Origin: Promethearchaeota archaeon
GTDB lineage: Archaea > Asgardarchaeota > Lokiarchaeia > Sigyniarchaeales > SOKP01
Assembly (NCBI GenBank): GCA_016840085.1
Contig: JAEOTA010000085.1
Span: 32,001-96,000, forward strand
Direction of reading: 5' to 3'
Length of the DNA: 64,000 nucleotides
Position 1 is the stretch's first letter. Every line of letters begins with the position of its first letter. Under the pieces are notes generated by a model. That model ran no database searches. It was not told the origin of the DNA and saw nothing but the letters and a program-made list of their open reading frames with translations. Made by a program: the position numbers and the translations under genes. This document shows, piece by piece, positions 31,233-42,162 of the stretch.

Positions 31233-31401
31233 AAAAGATAATTTTTAGAATAAATATCAGCCAAAAATAAAAAAGTTAGGGAAAGAGAATGGATGTTCCT
31301 GTTTTTTTCTTAGCAATCCATTGCCGCATTTCCTCATAACATTCCACGCAGTACTATGCGCCATCGCGTAGGTTGTACGTCATGTCTTGGTCTGATCTTG
31401 C

Positions 31402-32103
31402 TTATTCTCTAACCTTTTCTATGGATAAAATAACTCTTTTTAATTCCCAATTAGGATCTCTCTTACCAGGAAATTCCAAAATCTCCTTACATTGTAAACC
31501 CAAATTTTCTAAAAGTCCATTCCATTCTTGTACTGTTAAAACTTTTGAACTTTTTTCACCTTTATATTTCCTTCTGATTATTTTTTGAAAAATAAATCCG
31601 ATAATTTTTCCTATTTTTGTGCGCCATTTATCTGGGGCACATATATCTGCTATTACTAATCTTCCATTATTTTTTATGACTCTTTTAAACTCATTTAATG
31701 CTTTTTCAACCTTCATATGACGGATAGCAAAAGAGCTTATTATCAAATCAAATGAACTATCACTAAAAGGAATATTTTCTCCATTTCCCTTTTCTGTAAT
31801 AATAAAGTTTTCAAAACCTTGCTCTTTTATATTTTTTTTAGCAATCGCAATCATTTCATCCACGGGTTCAAGAGCAATTATCTTAAAGTTATTAGATATC
31901 TTTTTTGCAAGAGCTAAAGAAGTGAGTCCTGTTCCTGCTCCTACATCTAATATTCTAATATCGGGTTTTAATTCACATAATTTTATAAAAGATTTCATAA
32001 AATCTTCATAATTAATACCTGATCTCTCAAACATCCTTAACTTATCATCCTCATAAGAAAGAGCCCATTTTTTATATTGTTCTTCAATTTTTTTTTCTTT
32101 CAT
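31402..32103 (-). CDS. Class I SAM-dependent methyltransferase (UbiE/Methyltransf_11-like)
   Basis: ILDVGAGTG, IPFSDSSFD, EFKRVIKNNG. Confidence 0.9.
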   Translation of the reverse strand: MKEKKIEEQYKKWALSYEDDKLRMFERSGINYEDFMKSFIKLCELKPDIRILDVGAGTGLTSLALAKKISNNFKIIALEPVDEMIAIAKKNIKEQGFENFIITEKGNGENIPFSDSSFDLIISSFAIRHMKVEKALNEFKRVIKNNGRLVIADICAPDKWRTKIGKIIGFIFQKIIRRKYKGEKSSKVLTVQEWNGLLENLGLQCKEILEFPGKRDPNWELKRVILSIEKVRE

Positions 32104-32113
32104 TTTTTCATCT

Positions 32114-32459
32114 CTAATTTGGTTTTTCTACAATGAAATGTCCAAGCGCGTTTTTATACTTATAATTTAATTTAACAAAACCTGATTTTCTCAACAGATT
32201 TATACATTTTTTCTTAGATAAAAATTTCCATGATAAGAGAGGGCATGGAATAATCGTTCCAACAGTTCGCAATGGTTCTATTGATAGAAATTTACCTCTT
32301 GGACGAAGCACTCTAAAAACTTCTGACAAGTATTTTTATACCTCCTAACTTTAAGAAAAATAAAATAATTAGTATTCCCAAAATAACATCTATACTAATA
32401 ATAAGATGAAAGTATCCAAATCCATAATATCCATAAAATGGTTTTTCTGATTTATTCAT
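32114..32459 (-). pseudogene. Internally deleted membrane-anchored methyltransferase
   Basis: An ATG at 32459 opens MNKSEKPFYG... plus a TM helix, joined out of frame to the methyltransferase tail EVFRVLRPRGKF. The SAM-binding core is missing. Confidence 0.55.
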
Positions 32460-32470
32460 AACCTCATGCC

Positions 32471-33034
32471 TTATAAAAAATCTTCAATGACTTTTCGATT
32501 TTCCACTTCTTCCTTAAGCTCTTGAAGCCATTTCAATTCTGCTTCCCAATGAGCATAGTGATGTTTAATAATATAAATTGCAAAAAAGGGGATTTTTCTC
32601 TTTAATGTATCTATAAGACCTTTATGTTCCTTATTTTTTTTTTGAATATACTGAATTCGTTTATCAATGGCTTCAATAATTTCACTCTTAGATAAAATGG
32701 GCATGAATAATAACCCTACATCAAGAGGATATCGTATTGGCTGGATTTCGAAAAAATTTTTTCGAATCATTACAATTAATTCTGTTTTTCCCTTCTCTGT
32801 TATATGATATAATGTTCTTTCTGGACGTTCACTATCTTTTTCCTTTCTACTACTTAATAAACCTTCTTTTTCCATTTTTTCTAAATTGTAGTAGAGAGAT
32901 CCATAAGAGATTTCCGTAAATTCGCCAATAGCCCATTGATTTATCACTTTTTTAATCTCATATCCATGAATGGGTTTAGGAAATTCAAATAAAATCCCTA
33001 ATAAAATCAATTTTGTAAGATTTTGAATTGCCAT
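32471..33034 (-). CDS. PadR-family transcriptional regulator
   Basis: HGYEIKK, GSLYYNLEKMEKEG, YHITEKG. Confidence 0.9.
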   Translation of the reverse strand: MAIQNLTKLILLGILFEFPKPIHGYEIKKVINQWAIGEFTEISYGSLYYNLEKMEKEGLLSSRKEKDSERPERTLYHITEKGKTELIVMIRKNFFEIQPIRYPLDVGLLFMPILSKSEIIEAIDKRIQYIQKKNKEHKGLIDTLKRKIPFFAIYIIKHHYAHWEAELKWLQELKEEVENRKVIEDFL

Positions 33035-33235
33035 TATTTTATTTTAGATAGAATATTCTATATAGACTATATCTTTTATTTAATTTAAAAATTTCTTTAA
33101 ATTGCTTTTGACCTTTTAATAGAGTTAAATATGAATTCCTCTAAAGAGTTGCAAGATTTGAACCGTTACCATTATGAATTAAAAAAAGTGGATTTCGATC
33201 TTACTTTTCATACAGGATTATTAAATGATTAAAAG

Positions 33236-33712
33236 TTAAAACCTTTTTTCAAGCACGATAATGATTGGTTGAAATCCTGCTTTAGCAAAAACATCAAGTA
33301 ATTTTTTATCTGTTTTATACGCAAGATTTATTCGAAGGGAGTCGCACCCCCATGACTCTAAAATTTGAGTAGCTTTATCCGCTAAGAGTTTTCCCACACC
33401 CTTACCAATAAATTCTTTTTTAGTGGCCCAATTATCAAGATATCCGATATATCGCCCAAGAGTATTCTTCACAGCTTCAATCATTCCCATACTTACCACT
33501 TGACCGGTAGATTTTAATTCTGCGATTAAGGTTATTCTTTTTAAATTGGGTTTAAATTGCCGAAGCCCACTAGACTCTCTCCATTGTTTTTCATCAAAAC
33601 CAATATCAAATAATTCATTAAGTTCTTTTAAAATTGCTAAAGTCGCCTGATAATCTGAAGTACGATAATTTCTAATTACAATATCTTCTTGTTTAATTTC
33701 TTCCTCTAACAT
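33236..33712 (-). CDS. GNAT-family N-acetyltransferase
   Basis: EFIGKGVGKLL motif A and GF near the C-terminus. Confidence 0.8.
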   Translation of the reverse strand: MLEEEIKQEDIVIRNYRTSDYQATLAILKELNELFDIGFDEKQWRESSGLRQFKPNLKRITLIAELKSTGQVVSMGMIEAVKNTLGRYIGYLDNWATKKEFIGKGVGKLLADKATQILESWGCDSLRINLAYKTDKKLLDVFAKAGFQPIIIVLEKRF

Positions 33713-33725
33713 TTTTATACAACAA

Positions 33726-34784
33726 TTAACTTGTAATTTTTTTTATTAATTTTAAATCAATTCTTTGTGTAAGAATTTTTTCTCTATCTCCCCCATCATC
33801 TAATTGACGAATAGAGAATAAATATTCGTCAATATGAGGAACAATTGGGGAGATAAATAAAAGTTCCTCGTGGGGAAACCATATATCAACTTGTTGGGTC
33901 ATTACTTCTTTCTCAAAAAATTCTTTAACATGAGTAATTGTAATAGAGATATTGTTCAATTCCTCATCTGTATTATTTTGGACAGTTATTTCTATTTCTT
34001 GACTATTTTCAATAAAATAAATATTGTTAATTGATAGTGGAGTCGTGGTAGAAAGATCTACAGCAACCTGTTGTTTAGGATCAAATAAATCTACATTATA
34101 AAAAGTATTTTCCCCTTTAAGACTACTTAGAGGAGAAAACTCAAATCCTCTTATAGAGAAATAAGAAATAGCTTTTTGTGCTTTAAGAGAAGGAGCGTCT
34201 GATTTTTTTTCTATAACTTTTGAGAAATAATCTTTAATAGTATTATCAATTAATTCTCTCAAAAATAATTTTATTTTATTTCCTTCAGATATTAACTCTT
34301 GTATTTTAGGTGTTTTAATAACATTTTCAGATGCAATTTCACTTACAATAACTTCAGATAATTGATCTTCAAATTTAGCTCGTATATTATTAGTTAGAAT
34401 ACGTATCAAATCATCCCCAAAAATATCTATCTCAATAGGTAAAGATACTATAAGTACTATAGTTTCAGGAGTTTCTTCTTTAAGTCCTGCTCTCCTCTTT
34501 TTCCTTTCTGATTTTGCTAAGAATTTTTTACCAAAAAAGGTGTAACCCTTATATTCTAAATCAATATGGTCTAAATCATCAGTTTCTAAAAACCACACAG
34601 GATGATAATGGATCGGACGCATATATTTTTTATTACTTCTGAGTCTATCATCAGGATACATTAACAGTGGAATTTGCCCCTTTTTTTCATCAAAATACAA
34701 CACATATACAACGCATAAATCTTCATTAGGGTTTTTTTCCACTGATGCGTTGTTAAATACGTCTGCCACTTGAAACCATTCCAA
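33726..34784 (-). CDS. uDENN/longin-like domain protein with C-terminal beta-sandwich
   Basis: VLYFDEKKGQIPLLMYP resembles the FD..xG.....YP signature of uDENN/longin domains. Confidence 0.6.
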   Translation of the reverse strand: MEWFQVADVFNNASVEKNPNEDLCVVYVLYFDEKKGQIPLLMYPDDRLRSNKKYMRPIHYHPVWFLETDDLDHIDLEYKGYTFFGKKFLAKSERKKRRAGLKEETPETIVLIVSLPIEIDIFGDDLIRILTNNIRAKFEDQLSEVIVSEIASENVIKTPKIQELISEGNKIKLFLRELIDNTIKDYFSKVIEKKSDAPSLKAQKAISYFSIRGFEFSPLSSLKGENTFYNVDLFDPKQQVAVDLSTTTPLSINNIYFIENSQEIEITVQNNTDEELNNISITITHVKEFFEKEVMTQQVDIWFPHEELLFISPIVPHIDEYLFSIRQLDDGGDREKILTQRIDLKLIKKITS

Positions 34785-34904
34785 GAAGTAATTTTAAAAA
34801 TACAAATGATTCTTTTTTCAAAAGAATTAAATAATCCTTATTCTAAAAATTTAACTATAAAAAAATTAAAATAAATAGTAAAATTCTGTTTGTTGATGTG
34901 TAAA

Positions 34905-35987
34905 ATGGAAATTACAGATATTAAAACATATTTATTATCGCTCGATTTTAAATTTCGCATTGGAGCAATGCCTCCCTTAGAAGCTACAGGGTTATATATT
35001 AATATCAAAACTGATGAAAATATAGAAGGATGGGGCCTTTCACACTGGAATTTAAGCAATAAGGCACAAAAAGTATTTATTGATGAGGTGTTTAGGCGGT
35101 TATTAGTAAAAAAAGATCCATTTATGGTTGAAGAAATTTATCATACTCTCTATCATTCATCAAATCGAATAATGTTTGGGATACCGCAAGCTACGTCTGC
35201 TGTATTGGTAGCATGTTGGGATATTATTGGAAAAGCTTGTAATCAACCTATCTATAAATTACTTGGAGGAATGAAAAAGAAAATAAGAGTGTACGCATCT
35301 ATGCCAAGAGGATACAAACCCAAAGCTGCGGTTGGTGCTGTACAATCTGCTATAGATCTTGGAGGATATAAAGGTGTTAAGCTAAGAATTGGAGGGCGGG
35401 GTGGGAAACCAGAAGCTATTATAAGAGAAGTAAGAGATGTATTTCCAGATTTAAATATTATGGTTGATGCAAATTCTACATATGAATCTGTCAATGAAGC
35501 TCTAAAGATAGCTAAGTTTTGTGCAAAACATGAACTCACTTGGCTTGAAGAACCTATGCCTTCTGATAACCTAAATGGTTTAGCTAAATTAAAAACTCTT
35601 TCTCCAATTGAAATTGCTGGTGGTGAAAACGATATGGGAATATTTAGATTCGAGGATATTCTTAGTAAAGAATGCTACGACATAATACAACCAGATGTGA
35701 ATAGGAGTGGTGGATTTTTACAATTAAAAAAGATTGATGCTATGGCAGAAGTTAAAGGAGTAAAATGCATACCCCATGTTTTTGGCTTAGGACATCAAGT
35801 TGCTGCAAATATGCATTTTGTGATGTCTACTAGATGTGATTGGCTAGAATTTCCTTTTTGGCCGGAACAATATCAAATTTTAGAAGAACCTATTAAAATT
35901 GAAAAGGGTTTTGTGAAGGCAATAGATAAACCTGGTTTAGGAGTAGAAATTAATAAAGAAATGTTTGAAGAACACATAGTAAAATAA
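34905..35987 (+). CDS. Mandelate racemase/muconate lactonizing enzyme family protein
   Basis: WDIIGK, KGVKLR, MVDAN, WLEEP, GGEN, IQPD, PGLG. Confidence 0.9.
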   Translation: MEITDIKTYLLSLDFKFRIGAMPPLEATGLYINIKTDENIEGWGLSHWNLSNKAQKVFIDEVFRRLLVKKDPFMVEEIYHTLYHSSNRIMFGIPQATSAVLVACWDIIGKACNQPIYKLLGGMKKKIRVYASMPRGYKPKAAVGAVQSAIDLGGYKGVKLRIGGRGGKPEAIIREVRDVFPDLNIMVDANSTYESVNEALKIAKFCAKHELTWLEEPMPSDNLNGLAKLKTLSPIEIAGGENDMGIFRFEDILSKECYDIIQPDVNRSGGFLQLKKIDAMAEVKGVKCIPHVFGLGHQVAANMHFVMSTRCDWLEFPFWPEQYQILEEPIKIEKGFVKAIDKPGLGVEINKEMFEEHIVK

Positions 35988-35991
35988 AAGA

Positions 35992-37356
35992 CTATTCTTT
36001 CCTATCTAATTCTTCTCTTCTTTTTAATAACAAATTTCTACATTGTGCAGATTCTTTTGAATAATAGAAATAAGGTAATAACCAAAAGAAACCTCCAAAT
36101 AAGTAAATGATCAGCACTAAAGAAATAGCAAAGGGCAATAAAGATATATTTTTTTCTATCAAAAAAGACAATAATAAATTACCAAAAATCCCTCCAATAT
36201 TTACCATTAAACCATTCATAGCATTAGCAGTACTTCTTGCCTCAGGTGGGCATACATCAGCGTATATCGCGAATTGGTTACCCATTGGGAATGCAGCAAA
36301 AAAGAATCCTAGATACCCCAACATTAAGAAAAAAATCCAAGAAAAGATCACTTCCAAGAGAGTTGCAGCAAAAAAAGGAATTAAATAGAATGCTATCAAC
36401 AATAAGACTCCAATAATTAGACCTAAAAATGAGATAATTACTCGTCCATTTATTTTTTCTTTATGTACATAAGAATCTCCTAATTTTCCCCCTATAATTG
36501 ATCCTAAAAGTGCACCACTACCTGATAGGATATAAAGAGTGGTAGCAATTAATTCGGCATCAGTTCCGTTAATTTTTGAACTTAAATAAAAAATAGCCCA
36601 GATTGCAAGTGTAGCATTAGCTATACCCGCAAAAAGTACTGAAATTAAAATACCTAATACTGATTTTGTCTTAAATAATTGTTTAAGGTTATTAAAAGTT
36701 AATTTATAATTATAATTGATTTCTCCTTTAAAATTCTCGAATTCTGGCTCAGTTCGACCTATTTCCGGTTCTATGCCAATATATATATATGATAATAAGG
36801 CTAAAAATCCTAAAACAAATCCTAAACCATAAGAATATCTCCATCCTGATGGTCCTGCGTAATTTCCCAAAATACCTCCAAATATAATTCCCATTCCAGA
36901 TCCTAATATCATACCAAACTGCATTCCACCAAATCTTTTACCTCTTTCTTTTGGGGGGTAAAAATCTCCTATCATTGCAAATCCAAGTGGCATAAATGCT
37001 CCTATACCAATTGCACTCATAGCGATAAAGAGTAAATAATAGGAGAAGTTTAAGGATAATGAGGCTAATCCAAATGAAATAATCCAAACAAGATTAATAT
37101 ATGCAAATACTTTTTTTCTCGAAAATTTTTCAGCTATTTTATCACCATAATATCCAAAAATTAATATGCTAAAAATTCCAATAACTAAATAAATTGCTGT
37201 TAATACTCCAATTCCGAATTTTGTGGTGTTAGGAAGATTTAGTAGTAAATTATCTATATTTACAGGTAAAATTCCAGTACAAAAATATATCATAAAATAA
37301 AGAAGAAATAAGGAAAAGTATGTTTTTTTTCTTTTTATTTGGTATATTTCATCCAT
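35992..37356 (-). CDS. MFS transporter
   Basis: About 12 TM helices, DFYPPKERG, PEARSTA. Confidence 0.88.
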   Translation of the reverse strand: MDEIYQIKRKKTYFSLFLLYFMIYFCTGILPVNIDNLLLNLPNTTKFGIGVLTAIYLVIGIFSILIFGYYGDKIAEKFSRKKVFAYINLVWIISFGLASLSLNFSYYLLFIAMSAIGIGAFMPLGFAMIGDFYPPKERGKRFGGMQFGMILGSGMGIIFGGILGNYAGPSGWRYSYGLGFVLGFLALLSYIYIGIEPEIGRTEPEFENFKGEINYNYKLTFNNLKQLFKTKSVLGILISVLFAGIANATLAIWAIFYLSSKINGTDAELIATTLYILSGSGALLGSIIGGKLGDSYVHKEKINGRVIISFLGLIIGVLLLIAFYLIPFFAATLLEVIFSWIFFLMLGYLGFFFAAFPMGNQFAIYADVCPPEARSTANAMNGLMVNIGGIFGNLLLSFLIEKNISLLPFAISLVLIIYLFGGFFWLLPYFYYSKESAQCRNLLLKRREELDRKE

Positions 37357-37506
37357 TTTTTGAGTCAGTCTTTTCTACTTATTTTAAGTGATTTGGTTAG
37401 GATCTTTCGAATAATATTATTTGAATTTCATTTTATTTATAATAATGTTTATTTTCATTACAAAAAGATGAGTCTAATATTAGAAAAAGAACGAAATTGA
37501 TATTTA

Positions 37507-37941
37507 TTATAAGTCTATTTTTGTGAACTTTCCTATATCTTTATTAAGTGTTTTCAAAATTTTCTCTTCTAATTCTTCTGGTATATTTCTGAATGAAAAG
37601 TTTTCTAATTCTGGTAAAAGATTTTGAATCGTTAACCTAGTAATATGATCTAAATGATCACATAAGGCAAATAATTGAAAATGAATTGAATTTTCTACTA
37701 ATACAGCACCTCTGCTTACAGTGAAATAGTTTACTTGCTGTTGAAACGTATTTTTCTTGATATTATTCCAAAGATCACGAAATCCTAGTAAATAATGAGT
37801 ATCTTTAGCAGTACTTCTCTTTTCATTTTGTAGACATAATTCCCAAGCAGAATCTTGGGTCCCTATGCAGATTGTATAAACAACACTTTTTTTTTTTAGT
37901 TTGGTTTCCTCTGATTTTCTAAATGTTAATCTTTGGAACAT
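37507..37941 (-). CDS. Hypothetical protein (frame is open further upstream to ~38025)
   Basis: 144 aa ORF. Upstream in-frame KVKILITGFTSSQHDII... suggests a non-ATG start. Confidence 0.6.
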   Translation of the reverse strand: MFQRLTFRKSEETKLKKKSVVYTICIGTQDSAWELCLQNEKRSTAKDTHYLLGFRDLWNNIKKNTFQQQVNYFTVSRGAVLVENSIHFQLFALCDHLDHITRLTIQNLLPELENFSFRNIPEELEEKILKTLNKDIGKFTKIDL

Positions 37942-38051
37942 TCTTCGTAAGATGGCACCAGCAGAGTCATCTATAATGTCGTGTTGAGAAGATGTAAAGC
38001 CAGTAATTAATATTTTAACTTTTTTTTATTTTTGATAAGGGATAATATTTT

Positions 38052-39332
38052 TTAATTAAAAATTGAATCGAAATCTAAGTATAGATTGAATTCCTTCTTA
38101 TTAATGTCAAAATCCTGAAAAGAATTTTTTATTATATAATTTATAGAATTATAGTTTAATTCTTTTTTAAATTTTCTATCCCACTTCCACCAATTTGGTA
38201 AACCTATGAAATTTACATTCCATAAAGATTCTTTATCTTTAATAGATCTTTTAGCTATTTCTTTTGAAAGCAAAATCCAGAATATTATAAGGTTATTTGA
38301 GATTTTCTCATCTTCCCTCATAGGTCCTCTATAAAATTTACCTAATGCTAACAACATTAAGATACCCAAACCATACTTTATTTGAATTTTCCACGTATTC
38401 ATTAAATAATTGTTCTTTAAAACATTCCAATCTAAATCCTCTGTCATTCCCTCTATTGGCTCATGTGTACTTTCTATTATTTTTTCGATGAAAAAATCCT
38501 TAGTTAAATAAAGTTGGGTGTCAATGAATTGAAAAATCCTAAGAGCCCCTGCGATTCTCCATTCTATCCATTCGTGGGAATATTCTATTGCTTTTTTTAA
38601 AATCAAATTCTTATCTGGCCAAAAACCTAAAAGTGACTTTAGTTTATAATTAACCTCATCATAAAATTTTAAATAGTGATCATAAATTACAGCATAGGAA
38701 TAACCTAAAATATCAATATATGTAAAAATCTCTAACAAGTCTATGAAAATATTACGAGATTTCTCATTAGAAAGTAATTTGAAAAATTCGTTATCATTTA
38801 TTAAAGAATATATTCCATAAAAAGTAGATTCACCTGTGTAAATAGTAGCAAAAAGTAAATGGTATTGAATAATTTTACTTATAAGGAGTTTATCTAAATC
38901 TGAAATATCATAAGGTGCAAGTAATTCTCTATCATTAATTAATAAATAACTTTGATAAGGATGATTTTCCTTATCATAAAACCTTCCGATGTCATGATAC
39001 ATTAAGATAAGAGGTAAAATCAATTCATTTTCTATAGCTTGATCATTTACTTTTTTACTAATAGTCTGTAGAGAACTCATTGATAATGTATTATGAACAA
39101 ATTTATTATTCTTTAGAAGAAAATAAATTTTAAATGATCTAAATATATGCCTTAAAGTCCTTAAAAACTCAAATTTATCCTCATGCCATCCTTCTTCAAA
39201 AATTTCGTGCAAGTTGGGGAAAAGTAACAGAAGTTCATGATAATACCTGCTATTGGTTATTTCATTTGAATTATCAATCCATTCAAGATCAATTGTAGAA
39301 ATAAGATTTTCAAGACATTCAGTTATTTTCAT
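38052..39332 (-). CDS. HD-domain-like hypothetical protein
   Basis: LMYHDIGR motif; overlaps the sulfatase 3' end. Confidence 0.6.
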   Translation of the reverse strand: MKITECLENLISTIDLEWIDNSNEITNSRYYHELLLLFPNLHEIFEEGWHEDKFEFLRTLRHIFRSFKIYFLLKNNKFVHNTLSMSSLQTISKKVNDQAIENELILPLILMYHDIGRFYDKENHPYQSYLLINDRELLAPYDISDLDKLLISKIIQYHLLFATIYTGESTFYGIYSLINDNEFFKLLSNEKSRNIFIDLLEIFTYIDILGYSYAVIYDHYLKFYDEVNYKLKSLLGFWPDKNLILKKAIEYSHEWIEWRIAGALRIFQFIDTQLYLTKDFFIEKIIESTHEPIEGMTEDLDWNVLKNNYLMNTWKIQIKYGLGILMLLALGKFYRGPMREDEKISNNLIIFWILLSKEIAKRSIKDKESLWNVNFIGLPNWWKWDRKFKKELNYNSINYIIKNSFQDFDINKKEFNLYLDFDSIFN

Positions 39333-40629
39333 TTTTTTTATACCTTACTCCATTTTGAGGTTCAATTGTGCCTTTTAAAAGGGGATCATTAGTTTTCAAC
39401 ATCCAATTAAGTAATTTTTGCCTTAATTCCAGTACAATCTTTTGATAATTTGAGTTATTAACTAAGTTTTCTTGTTCGTTTGGATCATTTTCAAGATCAT
39501 AGAGTTCTTCTTCACTTCTTGGCTTTTTGATCTTATCTATTAAAAATTTTCCTGAAAGCCCTCTTTGAATATCAAGCGGCATTTGATATAACGTATCTGA
39601 ACTTGTAAAATTTCTAATGTACTTATATTTTTCAGTTCTTATACTTCGCATTGGGTCATAAATTTCATGAAAAGTTTTTTCTGTATAAATTTCTTTTCTG
39701 AAATTTCCAAATTTATTTTCTAGTACTGGTAAAAAAGAAATCCCCTCAATATTTCTCGGTTTTTTAGCTCCAACAAGATCCAATAATGTTGGTAAGAGAT
39801 CAATATTACTTATCATATAATCAATTGATTTTCCCCCACTAACAAAATCTAACTCTGGACAATTCATAATGAGAGCAATTTTAATTCCTGGATCATATAA
39901 TGTGCATTTAGCTTTTGGAAATGGGCTCCCATGATCGGTCGTATATATAAATAAAGTATTTTTTCGCAACCCTACTTTTTGTAAGCAATTAATTATAGTC
40001 CCAATTGCTAAATCAACATTATTGATAACTCCATAAAAAAGTCCAATATCTTCTCTCACCATTTCATCGTCAGGTAAAAATTGCGGAACACTAACAAATT
40101 TTGGATCAACAGGATCACTCCATATGACAAATGGACGGTGATTTTCAATTGTCCCTATATTTACAAAAAAAGGGTTATCTTCATTTTCTCGTTCTTCGAA
40201 GAATTTAAGATATTCATCTTCCATTCTTTTGGTAGAATACTTATAATCCTTAACTCTTTTACTAACATAATCATACCCCAATGTTGAAGCATCTTTACTC
40301 TCATGTTGTAATCCAAGAAGATACGTATTATAACCATTTTCTCGTAAATACATTGGCAATGTTTTATTGTTTTCAGGTAAAGTCCATCCGAGATTGACAA
40401 GTCCCATTAAACCATTTTGATGGGGATATAAGGATGTCATTAAGCTTCCTCTGCTTGGACTACATTGAGGAGCAGTACAAAAATAATTTGTAAACCGTAC
40501 TCCATTTTCAGCAAGTCTGTCTATATTGGGAGTATAAAGTGATTTTGTGGTCTGAGGAGTCTCATAACATCCTAAAAATTGGCCTTGATCATGTGTTATG
40601 AATAAAATTATGTTTGGTTTTTCTTTCAA
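39319..40629 (-). CDS. Sulfatase (Cys-type formylglycine)
   Basis: PNII..THD, CSPSRGSLMT, TDHG, ELYDLENDPNE. Confidence 0.92.
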   Translation of the reverse strand: MKEKPNIILFITHDQGQFLGCYETPQTTKSLYTPNIDRLAENGVRFTNYFCTAPQCSPSRGSLMTSLYPHQNGLMGLVNLGWTLPENNKTLPMYLRENGYNTYLLGLQHESKDASTLGYDYVSKRVKDYKYSTKRMEDEYLKFFEERENEDNPFFVNIGTIENHRPFVIWSDPVDPKFVSVPQFLPDDEMVREDIGLFYGVINNVDLAIGTIINCLQKVGLRKNTLFIYTTDHGSPFPKAKCTLYDPGIKIALIMNCPELDFVSGGKSIDYMISNIDLLPTLLDLVGAKKPRNIEGISFLPVLENKFGNFRKEIYTEKTFHEIYDPMRSIRTEKYKYIRNFTSSDTLYQMPLDIQRGLSGKFLIDKIKKPRSEEELYDLENDPNEQENLVNNSNYQKIVLELRQKLLNWMLKTNDPLLKGTIEPQNGVRYKKNENN

Positions 40630-40663
40630 GATATTTCAAATAATAAAAAATTGTTTAAAAATT

Positions 40664-41641
40664 CTATTTTAATTCAATCAGAATCTTGATAAAATCTCTT
40701 TCACCAGGCTTTAAAAATGATTCAAAAGTTTCTTGAACATCCTTTAAAGGTATAACTTTGGAGATAAATTTTGCTGCATCAATTTTGTTTTGACCAAATA
40801 GTTCAATTGTAGAAAGGATGTCATTACGATCATGTCCTAGGCACCCTTTTAAGCAAATTTCTTTATTAATGATTTGAAATGTAGGAATAGACATACCTTT
40901 TTGAATTCCTTCCAATAATAATGTTCCACCTCTTTGAATTAAATCAATTGCCATCCTTAAAGTGTCTTCACTTCCTACACAATCAAAAACAATAGAAGGT
41001 TGCCCATGTGTCTTTACAAATTTCTTTATTTTAGCTTTACTTGGGGGAAAAGCATCAATCGCACCAAATTCCTTTGCTTTTTTCCTTAAAAATTCATGAG
41101 GTTCTATCACAATTACATATTCAGGACTTTTTTCACTTAACAAAGTGACTAGAAAAGCTAATCCAATATTTCCTCCTCCAATGACCATGATCCTCTGGTT
41201 ATTTTCTATCTTTGACATTCTTATAGCTCTTATTATATTAGCAAATGATTCAATCATAACAGCTTCTTTTATAGAAATCGATTTGGGGGGATAAAATATA
41301 TTACTCCTTCGCACTTTCACATACTCTGCAAATCCACCATTTTCAAATATTCCTAATCCTTTTAATTCTCCCATAACATATTGCGAAACATTCATAGCAA
41401 TTACTTTATCACCAACATTAACATCTTTAATATTCTCACCTATTTCTACTATCTCTCCAGAAATCTCATGCCCCATTACTAAGGGAACTTGATACATCTT
41501 ATATTTAAAATTGGTAACATCGCTTCCACATATTCCACAGAAATGTACTCTAACCAGAACATCGTCCGGACCAGGAACTGGTTTAGGATAATCTTCCTTA
41601 TACACTATTTTTTGAATATCTTCAAAAACCGCTGCTTTCAC
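40664..41641 (-). CDS. Zn-dependent alcohol/polyol dehydrogenase (MDR family)
   Basis: CGICGSD, GHE, IGGGNIG. The four-Cys structural Zn loop is absent. Confidence 0.88.
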   Translation of the reverse strand: MKAAVFEDIQKIVYKEDYPKPVPGPDDVLVRVHFCGICGSDVTNFKYKMYQVPLVMGHEISGEIVEIGENIKDVNVGDKVIAMNVSQYVMGELKGLGIFENGGFAEYVKVRRSNIFYPPKSISIKEAVMIESFANIIRAIRMSKIENNQRIMVIGGGNIGLAFLVTLLSEKSPEYVIVIEPHEFLRKKAKEFGAIDAFPPSKAKIKKFVKTHGQPSIVFDCVGSEDTLRMAIDLIQRGGTLLLEGIQKGMSIPTFQIINKEICLKGCLGHDRNDILSTIELFGQNKIDAAKFISKVIPLKDVQETFESFLKPGERDFIKILIELK

Positions 41642-41791
41642 AATATTTTGAACTTTTAAATTTGATTTCTATTAAACCAAAAAAATCAATTAATAATTTC
41701 TCATAAAAATATATAATACTTATTTTATAGTGATTTATATAAAATTAGATTTATGATGAATATTAGAAAAAGAAAATTTATTTAGAGCATT

Positions 41792-42034
41792 ATGAAGCCT
41801 CCTATATATTGCATATGTGATGAAAAATTAAAAGATATGAATGACGGTGGTTTGATAGATTTTAAGAAACGGCTTTCTGATATTGAATGGGAAAAACATA
41901 TGGAAAAAATTAAAGGTGTTGGACATCCTCCATATGCGGAATGGTTCTGTAAAAAACATTATGATAAAGCAAGTGAATTAAAACACTTACCTATTGACAA
42001 AGCTTTAAAAATTTTAATGTCTGAAGGAACTTAA
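41792..42034 (+). CDS. Small putative zinc-binding protein
   Basis: CICD...FCKKH; 80 aa. Confidence 0.65.
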   Translation: MKPPIYCICDEKLKDMNDGGLIDFKKRLSDIEWEKHMEKIKGVGHPPYAEWFCKKHYDKASELKHLPIDKALKILMSEGT

Positions 42035-42109
42035 TTCTTTAATTTGGTTAGTAAACTCTGTAATTATCTCAGCAAATCTCTTCCCTTCAGATCCGCTAAT
42101 TCATTCTAA
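42015..42109 (-). repeat. Decayed copy of the mvhD 3' end (43028-43122)
   Basis: Ungapped alignment at offset 1013. Translates [30 protein letters not shown]. Confidence 0.92.
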
Positions 42110-42162
42110 TTATATTTACTTAATTAATATAAATTTAGTAATATCCAGTATCTCCATCACTA

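Noticed and set aside
31354-31356. TAG as possible pyrrolysine
   Set aside because: Lies in a short remnant with no methylamine methyltransferase context or pyl genes in the window.
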